NCBI GenBank assembly: GCA_951406725.2
Contig: OX597822.1
Location: forward strand, 28,706,001 to 28,770,000
Direction: 5' to 3'
DNA length: 64,000 nt
Origin: Octopus vulgaris
Lineage: Eukaryota
The position numbers and the translations under genes are program-made. Each line of letters opens with the position of its first letter. Position 1 is the stretch's first letter. Under the pieces are notes generated by a model. That model was not told the origin of the DNA, made no database searches, and saw only the letters and a list, made by a program, of their open reading frames with translations. Below, piece by piece: positions 52,025 to 64,000 of this stretch.

Positions 52025-55000
52025 GCACATACATACATACATACATACATACATACATACATACATACATACATACATACATACATACAAAGATACATGG
52101 CAAGCATGAAGTCTATACACAGGGGAAACATGACTTACTCATTAATATCGCTAATAATGACTGTGTAGAGTGGGTTTCGTCTCTCATCAGATATGAGTTC
52201 GTTTCACGTCTTTTTCTGACGTATGATGGAGAAGGTGTACTCAGTGAAAATCACTAATGAAAACCATGTTGAAAATGTTATTCTTTAATGAAGTTCAATA
52301 ATATTATTGAATAATATTATTTTCGCTCATGTATGTAGACTTAACGTTCACACTTTACATGGATAAATAAATAAATAAATTTCTGATTGAACAAACAAGA
52401 GAAACATAATTCAGTATATGAATATATCATCTTTTTTATTTTTAATCGCAAGAATGTTACAATAGTTACTCAAAGGCCGAGAGCTTCGTAGGCGGCACAT
52501 AAAACACTGACTTCAAATCAGAGGACTTGTTACATAAAAAGAGAATATTTGGTGAAGCCTAATATTGGTAGGTAACGTGGATATGATGTAATTGTTACAA
52601 TAATACTTATTAGCATTAACCCTATGCTTGCTAAAAGCAGAATATCATCTGCTCCGTCTATGGTATTAAGTATCACTCTATGGTTATATAAGGTTTCGAT
52701 ATAAATTAAATTCGCTGTGCTATAGGATTCCTTACTCGCTTCCATTAATTAATGAGTTTCGTCTCAGTTACTTCCCTTACACTAGATTCCGTAAATTCAT
52801 TATTGTTTTTCACTATTACCTCTAACCAAACACAAACAGATCTTCATTATCTCCTTAAAATCATTAATATTATGACGTTCCTTACCTGTTTAGTTATCAT
52901 TTTACCAGTCATATTATTATTATTATTTATATTAGTTCTATTATATGTGGTTATTAGGTTCCAACTAGTGAATACACTAATTTTTTTTAAACTTGTGTGC
53001 TGCAATAATTTGGGCTAAACAAATATTCTGCCAATTAGGTTTTAAAAAAAGTAAATTACACGGCTTTGAGTGGGCTCACTTGGACTTTAAATGATATGAA
53101 CACTAAATATACCGTTGGGTATTCGAAATGTGATCTCTGCTTGGAAGAATCATTCCATATCCTTACTTGTACTTTCAGATTATTTAATCCCAGAAACAAA
53201 TTAGCAGTAAAATGCGCACATTTACTTAGAAAACTTTTCATTATTTCCAAATAAGATTCCTTAGTTACAAATCACGTAGATGAAAGTACACATAAGTTAA
53301 CCCAGTTAGCTTATATTGCAAATTTACTTACGTTTTAATAAATTTTCACTAATCCTAACTATTATTTATTTTTTGAAAGGGGAGAAATAATACAAAATAT
53401 GGTTAGAATGAATATTTACTTCACACAACATATATTGATTAAGCTTACGTTAAAATCTCAGATAGTTTAGCAAAATCTTTTGTAATTCATTGAGCAGTAA
53501 ATTAAACGGTACTGATTAATTGCTTTGATTTCATAATAATATTAGCGCAAAGGTTTTGTAATTTAGATAATTATAAAAAAAGGGACACTTTTTCCTTCAT
53601 GCAAATTCATATATATTAGTTACATAAATGGAATAAATATGGCTTCAAATGAAGATTGGAACAGCAAGGCTAACTGGAAATATACAACACGAGCCGAGCT
53701 TTCAGAATTAATATTGACTGGACTCGATTCAGAGAACGGATTAGGCAAGAAATGTTACGCTTTCCCAACAACATTAGCAATATCAGTTCACGTTTACACA
53801 GAAACCTGCAGTAATGTTACTTAAAATCTACTGATAACGTTTATTGAGAAGCTCAAACTATATCGGTAAATTTCATGGAAGATAACTTTCAACTTTCGTT
53901 CAGCATCTGAAATAGAAGCAGGCAAGTTATATTAATAGAAAGAATGACTATAACAGAGAGGCTTTTCAGTCTTCATAAACGTATAGAAGAACATGGGTAT
54001 TCAACACGTAATAAAAAAAGAAATTTTGTATTTATGAAGTGCTTTTTATTATATTCTCTTTATATAATTTAATATTACAGACATAGAGTACGTAAGTTAA
54101 AAGCTCATCATTAATGACAGGATATTATGATTCATTTAATCCCGTTGTTTTACTATGTATTAGGCAATAAGAATAACGGTTGAGGAGTCGACATCGTCTG
54201 ATTATTATATGGTATATATATTGTGGTTTGGATAAAATTTAATGTCATTGATTTAACACATTTATATGGAAGTAATACCACAATAAGAAATAGCGTTTAC
54301 AATAAACCAATTTTGCTCAAGGCGAAACAATTATTTTCTTATGCAACAAGACCAAAACTTTTGTTGAAATATCATAAAACTGACGAAATGTTGTCAGCAT
54401 TCTTTTTAACAACAGCAGATCTCTCCGTAGATATGCTATGGACAGGAAGGTAAATGCACAGCAACATCTTGTTTGCTGGACAAATAAGAGCTTATCAGCA
54501 GGGAAATAGTTGGATAATCAAAAGCGATAAATAATCATAATTAATAGAGTTGGGATGCAAATGTGATACACGAATAATAGTCTCTTATCACACATAACTC
54601 TACAAATCCCGTCACATGTGACGTAATAAATGTTTTCCAAAGCGTTTCCCAAAAGGCTTTTTATTTCATAATTACTCAATATGTGTGTACATTTGTGGGG
54701 ATGAAGTGATTATATAAGATAGGAAGAGAATGAGATTATATAAGTTAGGAAACTTAATTCCATAACAATTGCTAGATTAGCAAATTTTGCATGATTCTTT
54801 CAAATCGTTTGACCGAAATAAGAGACAATTCGCATATTCATAAAATGTTAGGTCAACAAAAAATAAATGAGCGCCTCATGTAAAGAATACAATAAAATTA
54901 CAAACTATATGGAGTTTGCAGCAAAAAGTGAGTCCATTCAACAGTTGACGTGAACAAGAAAATTTTTATATATTTAAGAACAGGAGAACTGGTCTGAGAG

Positions 55001-55314
55001 AAATAGACATGATTTTTACACTTGTAAGATGTTTATCTTATATGAATTTCAATAGATTCCAGAAAACATGACTTTTCTTTTGTTTTTTTCGAATCGGCAT
55101 CTGAGGATTTTCCGTTCAAACTGATGTTAATTGTTGTCATGGTAACTTCAGCTGATTCACAATCACGAAGATCTATGGTGAAAGGCATTCCAGTTACGAC
55201 CAACCTGTCGTATATTCAAATTTAATATATAATTTATTATCCATCATTTTCATCTTCTTTCCACTGACGGTATTGAGTAACCACACTTATTAGGTAGGTA
55301 TATCCGTTGTGTTG

Positions 55315-55735
55315 AAGACCATCATTAGTGACGTAATACTCAGATTCATTCAATTTTGTTGTCGTACAGTTTAGTGCAGGATGGTAGATAACTTGTCGAC
55401 ATTTCTTAACTCTCAAATCGTAGATAGTGTATTTTGGACAGGAAGGAGACTGCACATATCTATTCCGTTATGTTTAATTTATTTGTTACCTTTACAGTAT
55501 TGGTATGATAATCAAAAAGTTTTGTTTGAGGAAAAAGTTCTACTCTGCCAGCTATTTCAAGATAATTCACTTTATAAATACCACTGGAAATCTCGTTGCA
55601 TGTAGCACAACCTTTGTTTTTGTAAACTTTATGATATTTATGTTTACCATCTACATAGTATGGTTCCGTCTCTACATATATCAATGCCATTGGCTCAGAC
55701 TCACATGCCATTATTTGTTCCTTATTATTGTTATC
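55315..55735 (-). pseudogene. GPCR copy C remnant (mid-ectodomain only; 7TM deleted, 5' part absent)
   Basis: MACESEPMALIYVETEPY and SPSCPKYTIYDLRVKKCRQVIYHP match copy B. At ~55290-55315 the 3' flank is joined almost directly to the ectodomain (~1 kb loss). Homology ends at ~55735, where a SINE starts. Confidence 0.85.
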
Positions 55736-55740
55736 ACAAT

Positions 55741-55948
55741 CCCCTTGTGGGTAGTAAAGAAATAGGTATTTCGTCTGTCGCTACGTTCTGAGTTCAAATT
55801 CCGTCGAGGTCGACTTTGCCTTTCATCCTTTCGGGGTCGATTAAATAAGTACCAGTTTCGCACTGGGGTCGATATAATCAACTTAATCCGCTTGTCTGTC
55901 CTTGTTTGTCTCCTCTGTATGTAGCCCCTTGCGAGCAGTAAAGAAATA
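55741..55948 (+). mobile_element. SINE of the same family, 5'-truncated and preceded by a SINE tail fragment
   Basis: ccccttgtgggtagtaaagaaata followed by gtatttcgtctg...gtaaagaaata. Confidence 0.85.
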
Positions 55949-55959
55949 ACAAAGAAATA

Positions 55960-56440
55960 AGAAAAGTAAACAAGGACCTCATAAACGAAGTCACTCTTCA
56001 AAAATTTTTAAGAGTGCACAGGGTGATACCGAACCCGAATACACCAGCAGGAAGTTCACCAGCAGAACTGATATTCGCGAGGAAGGTGAAATCAGTACTT
56101 GATAAACTGCTACCTGGCGAGGAAAGAAGCAGTGCCAGAAAGGACATATCAAATTTTTTGGTGATAAGGTTGTACATGAGATTGTATAAAAACGGAAAAC
56201 AGTACTGAGAAGAAGGCGAAATTACAAAGTACATAGGAAATATGATGTATGGGATAAAAAGCAAAAACGTTATTGAAAAAGACACAGTAACCAATTAAAG
56301 AAGAGATTCATAGAAAATGAACCAAACAGATTAGAGCTACCTATGGCATGGCTGTATGGCACATTCCAAGTACTAACACCGTTACATAATACATACACTC
56401 GTCCCAAAAAAATATGGAAGGTATCAGCCCAGTTTATGTT
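55960..56440 (+). mobile_element. Gypsy-type LTR retrotransposon integrase C-terminal remnant
   Basis: HRVIPNPNTPAGSSPAELIFARKVKSVLDKLLP resembles the R-x-TP...SPAEL-x-F-x-R integrase end motif. Confidence 0.7.
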
Positions 56441-56850
56441 CAGTAGCTGCATTCAAACAGGTGAGAAAGATATGCAGTAATATACATCGGGAAAATCCTA
56501 GAAAAATTTGTACAAGACTTTGGCATTGTCAGTTACATAAACAATAGGACTGGCGTCACTGCAGTGTAGCAAGAATCCTATCATTGCCATCTAGATACAG
56601 AACCAGATACTGCAACATCTTTAACTTCAAGGCCCACAGTTCTTCAATATCCTCGTACAAAGCCTGAGAAATCTACATGGCATCGATGTAGGCTTCTTTA
56701 AAACAAAACTGGATCTCCTGTCAAGAGTTCCGGATGAACCTACCTCAAGGCAAGAAACACAGATGAGGGTAGCAACGTCAAACTCACTCATCCACCAACT
56801 GTCACACAACAGAGGAGGCTTAGTGAAAGTGTAGCAAGGTAAATGGCGGT
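56440..56850 (+). mobile_element. 3' end of a CR1/L2-like LINE
   Basis: Manual translation near 56625-56745 gives FQGPQFFNILVQSLRNLHGIDVGFFKTKLDLLSRVPDEPT, typical of such LINE C-termini. Confidence 0.55.
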
Positions 56851-56901
56851 ACCGCCAGAATATCCAGTCCTTGGACTGTATATTATATATATTATATATA
56901 T

Positions 56902-57400
56902 GTGGAGAAAGGTGGCTTAGTGGTTAGAGTGTTGAACTCTTGATCGTAAGGTTGTGGCTTCGATTCCTGGCCCGGGCGATGCGTTGTGTTCTTGAGCAAA
57001 ACACTTCATTTCACGTTGCTGCCAGTCCACTGGCAAAAATTAGTAAACCTGCGATGGACTGGCGTCCCGTCCGTATGGGGAATTTCTACGCCACTGAAAA
57101 CGGGAAACCGACCCTTATGAGCCTGGCATGGCTCGAGAAAGAACATTTATTATTTGTGGATGCGCGTGGCTTAATGGTTAGGGTGTCAGCAATATGATCG
57201 TAAGATCGCGGTTTAGATTCCTGGGCCGGGGGACGCGTTGTCTTCTTGAGCAAAACACTTCATTTCACGTTGCTCCAGTCCACTCAGCTGACAAAAGGAT
57301 TACCGCTGCGATGGACTGGCGTCCCGTCCAGCTGGGGAACACATACTCCATTGAAACCGGGAAACCGGGTCCATGAGCCCGGCTAGGCTTTAAAATGGCG
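56902..57400 (+). mobile_element. Two tandem tRNA-derived SINEs (56902-57150, 57157-57400)
   Basis: Each has a tggcttagtggttag-like A box, a B-box-like cgattcct/agattcct and ttcttgagcaaaacacttcatttcacgttgct; related to 8725-9028. Confidence 0.8.
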
Positions 57401-57575
57401 CAAGATATACTATATATTATAAAATAAATATAAGAGAGTGGTCACTATATGGCTCACTCTAGCACCAGTTAATCCAAAAGGTTTCAACCACAAAAATACA
57501 TGTTTCCCATGAAAGTCAGTACGATTGTTAGCTCACACGGACAGGGCAAATAAAAAATAACAAAAATCCAGATTA

Positions 57576-57657
57576 TTTTGGGACAATTGTTTCGCTATTA
57601 ATGAATTAAATGTAATTTTACTTACAAAAAACTCCACTTGTAGTTCGTCAGCAAAAA
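57576..57657 (-). ncRNA. Hammerhead-like motif with long stem II
   Basis: tttttg-CTGACGA-acta...tagc-GAAA-caattg-TC-ccaaaa. Confidence 0.55.
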
Positions 57658-58984
57658 CTATCTGGATGAAATCCACTCAATCACACGCCATATTTTACCA
57701 TAACGATAAATACGCGTGTGGTTCAATTGATTACATCCGACGTTATAATTCAAATGCCCCAACTAACAGCGCGCCAAACTTTCACGGAAAACAAATACTG
57801 CATTTAGAAATAAATGCAGCATAATTATAATTAATTAATAAGGGTGAGAGAATTAGATACTAATTTAATAGTATATCTATTCAACACCAAGTGGCCTAGT
57901 GCTCCGATAAACCTGGATTATTATAATATTTTATAATATATTATAATATACATTATACATTATATATGTGTATCATATATATAATATATATATATGCGTA
58001 TGTGTGTGTGTATGTGTGTGTGTGTGTGTGTGTGTGTATGCATTCATATATATGTATGTGTATACACCAACTTTCCCTTAGTTTTCGTTCGCCGAATCTG
58101 TTTGCAATCCACTTGTATGCTCAAGGTTATATTAGAAGACACTCAAAATGCGACGCAATGGTACTATGTGGTAGAGAAAGAAACTTCTCATCACTCAACC
58201 ATGCGCATCTATTTATGTATTCGTATGTGTGTTCAACGTTTAGCGTTGTTGATGCAACAGGATTCACATTACGAATCGTTGTCCAGAAATGGAATAAACG
58301 TTTCAAAACAACACAAATACAACGATTTAACAACGATATTAGGTACTACAAGCTGTCAGCTTTACCCACTTGTTTCTCGTAACTTCTTTTATGCGGGACC
58401 GTGAGAAGCACATGGTGTAGTCAAATAAAATCAACAATAGATTTCAAAACGAAAAAGAATGCAAGTACCTTGTGCAAATAAAACTTTCATTGGAGAATTT
58501 TGCAATAGGAAAAGCTCCTATTGAACACATTACTTTCTAAACAGACATCGATAAACAATACAGAAATTCTAAGTATATAATGAGACGTACCTGCAACTAT
58601 GAAGAATATAAACTTCGAACACACTTGGTTGTCTAATACCATGAAATAGCAAAGCTGCCAAGAAATGATAAAACTACTACAGTACTGAATTATAGATATA
58701 GCCTAGAAATGATTGGTCAATGAATATGACAATACTAATTTTTATGCTTTTAAAACAATACTTGGTAGAATGACAAAAGTTTACATATTTATAATTAGAA
58801 GTGTAGTATAATAAAGGTGGTTGCAAAATGCGACAAAACGCAATCATGGTTGTGTGATTCAGAGCTCACTTTCCAACCATGTTGTTTTGTGTACAACCCA
58901 CTGGCGGCATCTTAGGCACACGCCCTGTGAATAAATTTGATAATGTTTGAAATCCTGTTGTATATATAATTATATATATACATA

Positions 58985-59050
<66 letters not shown>

Positions 59051-59073
59051 TATATGTTTTTTTCGTAAACTCT

Positions 59074-59112
<39 letters not shown>

Positions 59113-59118
59113 TATATA

Positions 59119-59393
59119 AATTAGAGATAAAACCACTATTATGCAACTCAAACAGTGATAGACATAAACCAAAACATAAATAACAAATAGAATATATTTT
59201 TATAAAACATATAACTAAATCTCAACAAGTATAAAATGAATAATCAATATATAAGTAAAAAAAAAACTACGTACGTTTCATAGCTACAGTTACATTCGAA
59301 TTACAATTAAATTTAAATTTAATTGAAATAAATTCAATTTAAAATTATAGTCAATCACTGTTTGAGTTGCATAATAGTGGTTTTATCTCTAAT
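59119..59393. repeat. Short inverted-repeat element (~40-bp arms)
   Basis: attagagataaaaccactattatgcaactcaaacagtgat and its reverse complement at 59354-59393. Confidence 0.75.
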
Positions 59394-59473
59394 CTATATT
59401 TTATATATTTATATTTTGATATTTGATTTAATACTAAATTGATTTTTCCCTGTAATTTTGGAGTTATATTCCC

Positions 59474-59533
<60 letters not shown>

Positions 59534-59537
<4 letters not shown>

Positions 59538-62500
59538 TAGTTTTATTTTTATAGTGTGCTTTCACTTCACTACCGAGCGCAGCTCTGTGTGCCTTGGGTA
59601 TGTGCCGGGATTTGTTGTGATGCTCTGATGGTTATTGTATGGAAAGTGTTTTGCGTAGGTTGTGCGCAGTGCCTAGTAGTGCAATTTTCTGTATGTTATA
59701 TGTGTTTGTAAGTCCTGGTGTTTTTGTTATGTATTTGTCTGAATATTTTTATATCATGCCTATTATGATAGGAATTGTTTCTGTTTTTAGATTCCACTTT
59801 CTGGTTACCTCTATTTCCAGGTCTTTGTATTTTGTAAGTTTCTCCATTTCTTTTAGACACGTTGTCATCCGCTGGTATTGATACACCTATTAGAAAACAT
59901 TTTTTTCTTCATGATCTCTGACAAATATATCTGGTCTGTTGGCCTTAATTTCTCTATCTGTGTGTATCGGCATATCCCAGAGTATGGTTGCTTTCTCGTT
60001 TTCTCTGACCTTTTCTGGTGTGTGCCTATACCATCTTTTTTTCTGTTGTTATTCCATAATGTTGGCATAGCTTCTAGTGTATGTAGGTCCCAACTCTGTC
60101 GTGTCTGTGAATATATTCCTTCTTAGCAAGGACTGGGCAGCCAGAGATAATATGATTTATTGTTTCTTGTCCATCTCCACATATTCTGCAGTTACTTGTT
60201 ATATTTCTTTTCATTACATGTTTTTGGTAATTTCTGGTGGGGAGGCTTTGGTCTTGTGCTGCAATTAAAAATCCCTCTATCTCTGCTTTGAGTCCTGAGC
60301 TTCTCAACCATTGCTGGGATTTTTCTTTGTCTATTTCTTTTGCATTTAGTTTAGTCCAGTATTTACCATGAAGGGACTTTTTTTGCCATCGTCTTATCAT
60401 GGGTCTTTGCTGTTCTAGTTTTAGTTTGGATTTCATTTGTTTTATAGCTTTTGTTGTTTCTTCATCTTCTTCATATTTGTTAGGTGGTATGATGTCTTGT
60501 TTGTATTTCTCGGCTTCCTTAAATACTGAGAACAGTTTTTTGTTCTGCTCGTGTTTTGCCGCTATTTGTATCAGTTTTCTTTCCTTCTGAAGTAGATATT
60601 TTTGCAGTCCTATGGTGGGGTTATTTTATAGTAGTTTTCCAGCTGTATAAGGCCTCTACCACCTTCTATACTTTGTATATATAGTCTTTCTATGTCAGAT
60701 TTTGGGTGATGCATCTTAGATCCTGTCATTATTTTTCTTGTTTTCCTATCTATGTTGGTCAGGTCATTTAGTGTCCAGTTAAGGATATTGTAGCTGTAAC
60801 TTATAACTGGGACGGCTAAAGTGTTAATACCTATTATCTTGATTTTAACATTGAGCTCTGTTTTTAGTATTGATCTAACTCGTCTATAATATACTTTTTT
60901 ATCATCTCTTTCATTTGTGTGTGTTGTGTCTTATCTAGTTCATGGATTCCTAAGTATTTGTAAGTTTGGCTTTGGTCTAATTCTTTTATTTCATTGATTT
61001 TATCTAGTGTGATGTTGCTACTCTTAACTAGTTTTCCTCTTTTCAGGGTTACTTTGGCGCACTTTTTCTAATCCAAATTTCATATCTATTTCTTTGGTAA
61101 ATCCATGAACTGTCTTTAATAGTGTTTCCAGCTGTTTGTTATTTGCAGCGTATAGTTTTAGGTCATCCATATATAAAAGGTGGCTGATCGTTTTGCCGTA
61201 ACATTTATATCCGCATCCAGTTCTATTTAGCATATCAGATAGAGGTGATAGTGCCAAGCAGAAAAGGAGTGGAGAGAGCGTGTCTCCCTGGAATATTCCT
61301 CTTCTAATGGGGATGGCTTTGGTTTTCATGAGTCCCTTTTTTGTTTGGAGCTGTAGCACTGTTTGCCATTTATTCATAGAGTGTATTTTATAATTGTTGG
61401 TGCTACTTTGTTAATGGCTACTGTTTCGAGGATCCATGTGTGGGGGATGCTATCAAACGCCTTTCTGTAGTCGATCCATGCCAAACTGAGGCCTTTCTTC
61501 TTTCTGTGGCTGTCTTCAGTTATGGCTTTAGTAATCATTAGCTGATCTTTACAGCCGTATGAGCCTTTGCGGCATCCTTTCTGCTCTTCTGGAAACAGGT
61601 TGTTTTCGTCCAGGTGCTTGTTTAATCGTTGTGATATTACTGCAGTAAATTCTTTGTACATTGTAGGGAGACAGGTTATAGGTCTGTAGTTTTCTGGTTT
61701 TGCTGTCTCATTTGATTTGGGAATTAAGATGGTTTTCCCCTTCGTGAGCCATTCAGGCATTGTCTCTGGCTCTGCCAGTATGTTGTTAAAGTTTTCAGTC
61801 AGCTTTTTGTGCATTCCTGTTAGATATTTCAACCAGACGTTGGGAATCTTGTCATGCCCAGGTGCCTTCCAGTTGCTTAGTCTTTGCAGTGCCTGCGTGA
61901 CCTCTTCAGTTGTTATGGGGTCCAAAGTTGCTCAGATGCTGAGTTTGTTGTTTTAATACTCCTCTTTTTGTTGTTCGTTCGCCGACCATATTTCTCTCCA
62001 TAATTCTTCCACTTCTTCTGCCGTTGGTGCTGCAGTGATTTCTATTTTATTTTTGCCAAGTTCTTGGTAGAACTTTTGGAGATTGGAGTTGAACTGTTTG
62101 TTTTGTTCAAAGAAACGTTGGCGTTTCTCGTACCGGCGGATCCTTTGTGCTTTGGCAAGGATATCTTGCTTTAGCTTTTCTTTTATCTCAGGTAAATCTT
62201 TTTCTGTGATGTTGTATTTTCGGAGTATTTTTGTTTTCTTTTTGTTGCTTAGTAACGTTGATTGTCTACTGATTTCGTTAAGAACCGACAGATTTTTTCT
62301 CATTTTTTGTATTTTCTTTTGGATGTTATTTATCCACAGGGCTTGTTTGGGTGGTGGTACTCCTGTTTGTATGGGTTTGAGGGAGTATCCTGCTTCTTTT
62401 ATGGCTACAGTGGCTGCTGCGTATACTAAGTCATTTAGCTCAGTGATGTCGCTATTTGTTTCAGTGGCTATTAGTTCTGTGATGGCTAGGTTTATGCTGT

Positions 62501-63653
62501 TTATAATTGATGTTGTTGTTTTGTCTATTTTGATTTTTGGGAGGTATGGTCGGTGGTCCATCTTGAGATCTGTGTTTTTCAGTTCTTTGATTATTCTACT
62601 TTTTATAGTTTCATAATCATTAGGCTCCCCTTCTTTGTTTCCAGGTTTTAGATTTGTGTCGCTTTTTTTCACGTTCGTATGTTTGTCTGTTGTGTTTTGG
62701 CTTCCTGTTTGTCGTGTATTATTATGTATCCTTACAGTCTGGGTTTGTTGTTTTTTGTTTACATCGCTTTTGTTGGAAATGTTACGTTTGTCTTCATGTT
62801 TTACTGTTTCAGTGTTTATATTATTGGGCATTGTTGTGTGGCTTCTATCTACATTTTCCTGGTGTATTTTTTCTTTTAAATGTTCTATTTCTATTTCTGA
62901 TATTTTTTTGCGTTGAGAATATATCTTCGTACGTTAGCTAGTTTATTAGGGTTCATTGTTGTATCCAAGTCTATATTTATATTATTTTCCTTCCATATTT
63001 TATATGTATGTGTTGTTGTATTTTCATTCTTTGGGTAGAGCACTGCTGTAAAGTGAGCGTGTAGGATAGAAATGTATTCCTCACGTATCCATTTATGTCT
63101 TTGAGGTTTTATTTGCGGGACGTGAGGAACAACGTCCGGCCCATTATTTTGACGGTCGTCATTTTCGTAGGGTACCGGTTCGTTCATTTCTGTTGTCACA
63201 TTGTTTTGCACGTGTAGTTTTTCGTACATTTTATGTTGTAAGTTTAAAGTACGTACTTCCCGATTGTTATTCTTGGGTTGAATAATACCGGTATTATTTA
63301 ATTTCTTCGTAGTTTTTTGTACATGGTGTTTGGGGCCGGAGATGATCTGGTGTTGATGGATCGTAATGTATCACGCATGTTTACATGTGTTGTGTTAGAG
63401 GTGGAGATGATATCGAGTTAAAATACATCATTTCGTTTCGAAAATAGTAATAAATTTCAATGAGTATTACTTACTCGGTTACAGTCCAATCCTTTGTCAG
63501 TTAATTTTTGGCTCTATACAACGTCTTTGTTTTCGATGTTTGTGGATAGATTTCGGAGCACTGTTTTATCGTTCTCTCATGTTAAACGTCCCCGGTGTTC
63601 CTCTCGTCCCCGGCGTTCCTCTCCGTCCCTGGTGTTCCTCTCCATCCCTGGTC
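59534..63653 (-). mobile_element. Near full-length R4/Dong-type non-LTR retrotransposon with restriction-like endonuclease, frameshifted
   Basis: Ordered fragments: N-terminus 62891..63229 and 61953..62831; RT 61374..61925 (NWKAPGHD, NYRPITCLPT, AWIDYRKAFDSIPH) and 61024..61377 (RGIFQGDTLSPLLF, HLLYMDD); CCHC CRICGDGQETINHIISGC plus RHD (60074..60436); then a PD-type endonuclease region. Flanked on both sides by (TAA)n. Confidence 0.9.
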
Positions 63654-63661
63654 TAATATTA

Positions 63662-63720
<59 letters not shown>

Positions 63721-63724
63721 TGAT

Positions 63725-63895
63725 TGAACGCCACGCATCCGAATGTGTGGTATGTAGCTTGTTTACCAGCCACATGGTCCCGGGTTCAGTCCCGCTGCGT
63801 GGCACTTTGGACAAGTGTCTTCTACTATAGCTTCGGGCTGACCAAAGCCTTGTGAGTGGATTTGGTAGACGGAAACTGGAAAAAGCTCGTTGTAT
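63725..63895 (+). mobile_element. tRNA-derived SINE head
   Basis: B box gggttcagtccc followed by ggacaagtgtcttctactatag. Confidence 0.65.
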
Positions 63896-64000
63896 ATGTG
63901 TATATATATGTATGTGTGTGTATACGTTTGTGTGTCTGTGTTTGTTCCCCCAACATCGCTTGATAACCGATGCTGATGTGTTTATGTCCCCGTAATTTAG

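Noticed and set aside
63588-63653. Short regularly spaced repeats as a CRISPR-like array
   Set aside because: There are no unique spacers, the context is eukaryotic, and the repeats form the 5' end of a LINE.

Overview
This is AT-rich, microsatellite-dense animal DNA. The SINE families and repeat landscape strongly suggest an octopus or other cephalopod (inference). Most ORF-track entries are microsatellite artefacts. (1) A head-to-tail segmental array carries three minus-strand copies of an intronless secretin-class (methuselah/adhesion-like) GPCR with a signal peptide and a Cys-rich, somatomedin-B-like ectodomain. Copy A (~15.8-17.4 kb) is frameshifted. Copy B (~39.6-41.6 kb) is full-length except for one in-frame TAA. 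Copy C (~55.3-55.7 kb) has lost its 7TM region. (2) Mobile elements include Penelope-like elements, a near full-length R4/Dong-type LINE between (TAA)n tracts, CR1/L2-like fragments, a mariner derivative, Helitron pieces, a Gypsy integrase remnant and tRNA-derived SINEs. (3) The most unusual signal is about 20 hammerhead-ribozyme-like motifs from roughly ten unrelated short element families. Many sit in inverted pairs within (TA)n tracts, and one forms a retrozyme-like 362-nt monomer with a U3:A8 compensatory core. All alignments and folds were done by eye, so coordinates are approximate unless a motif is quoted.
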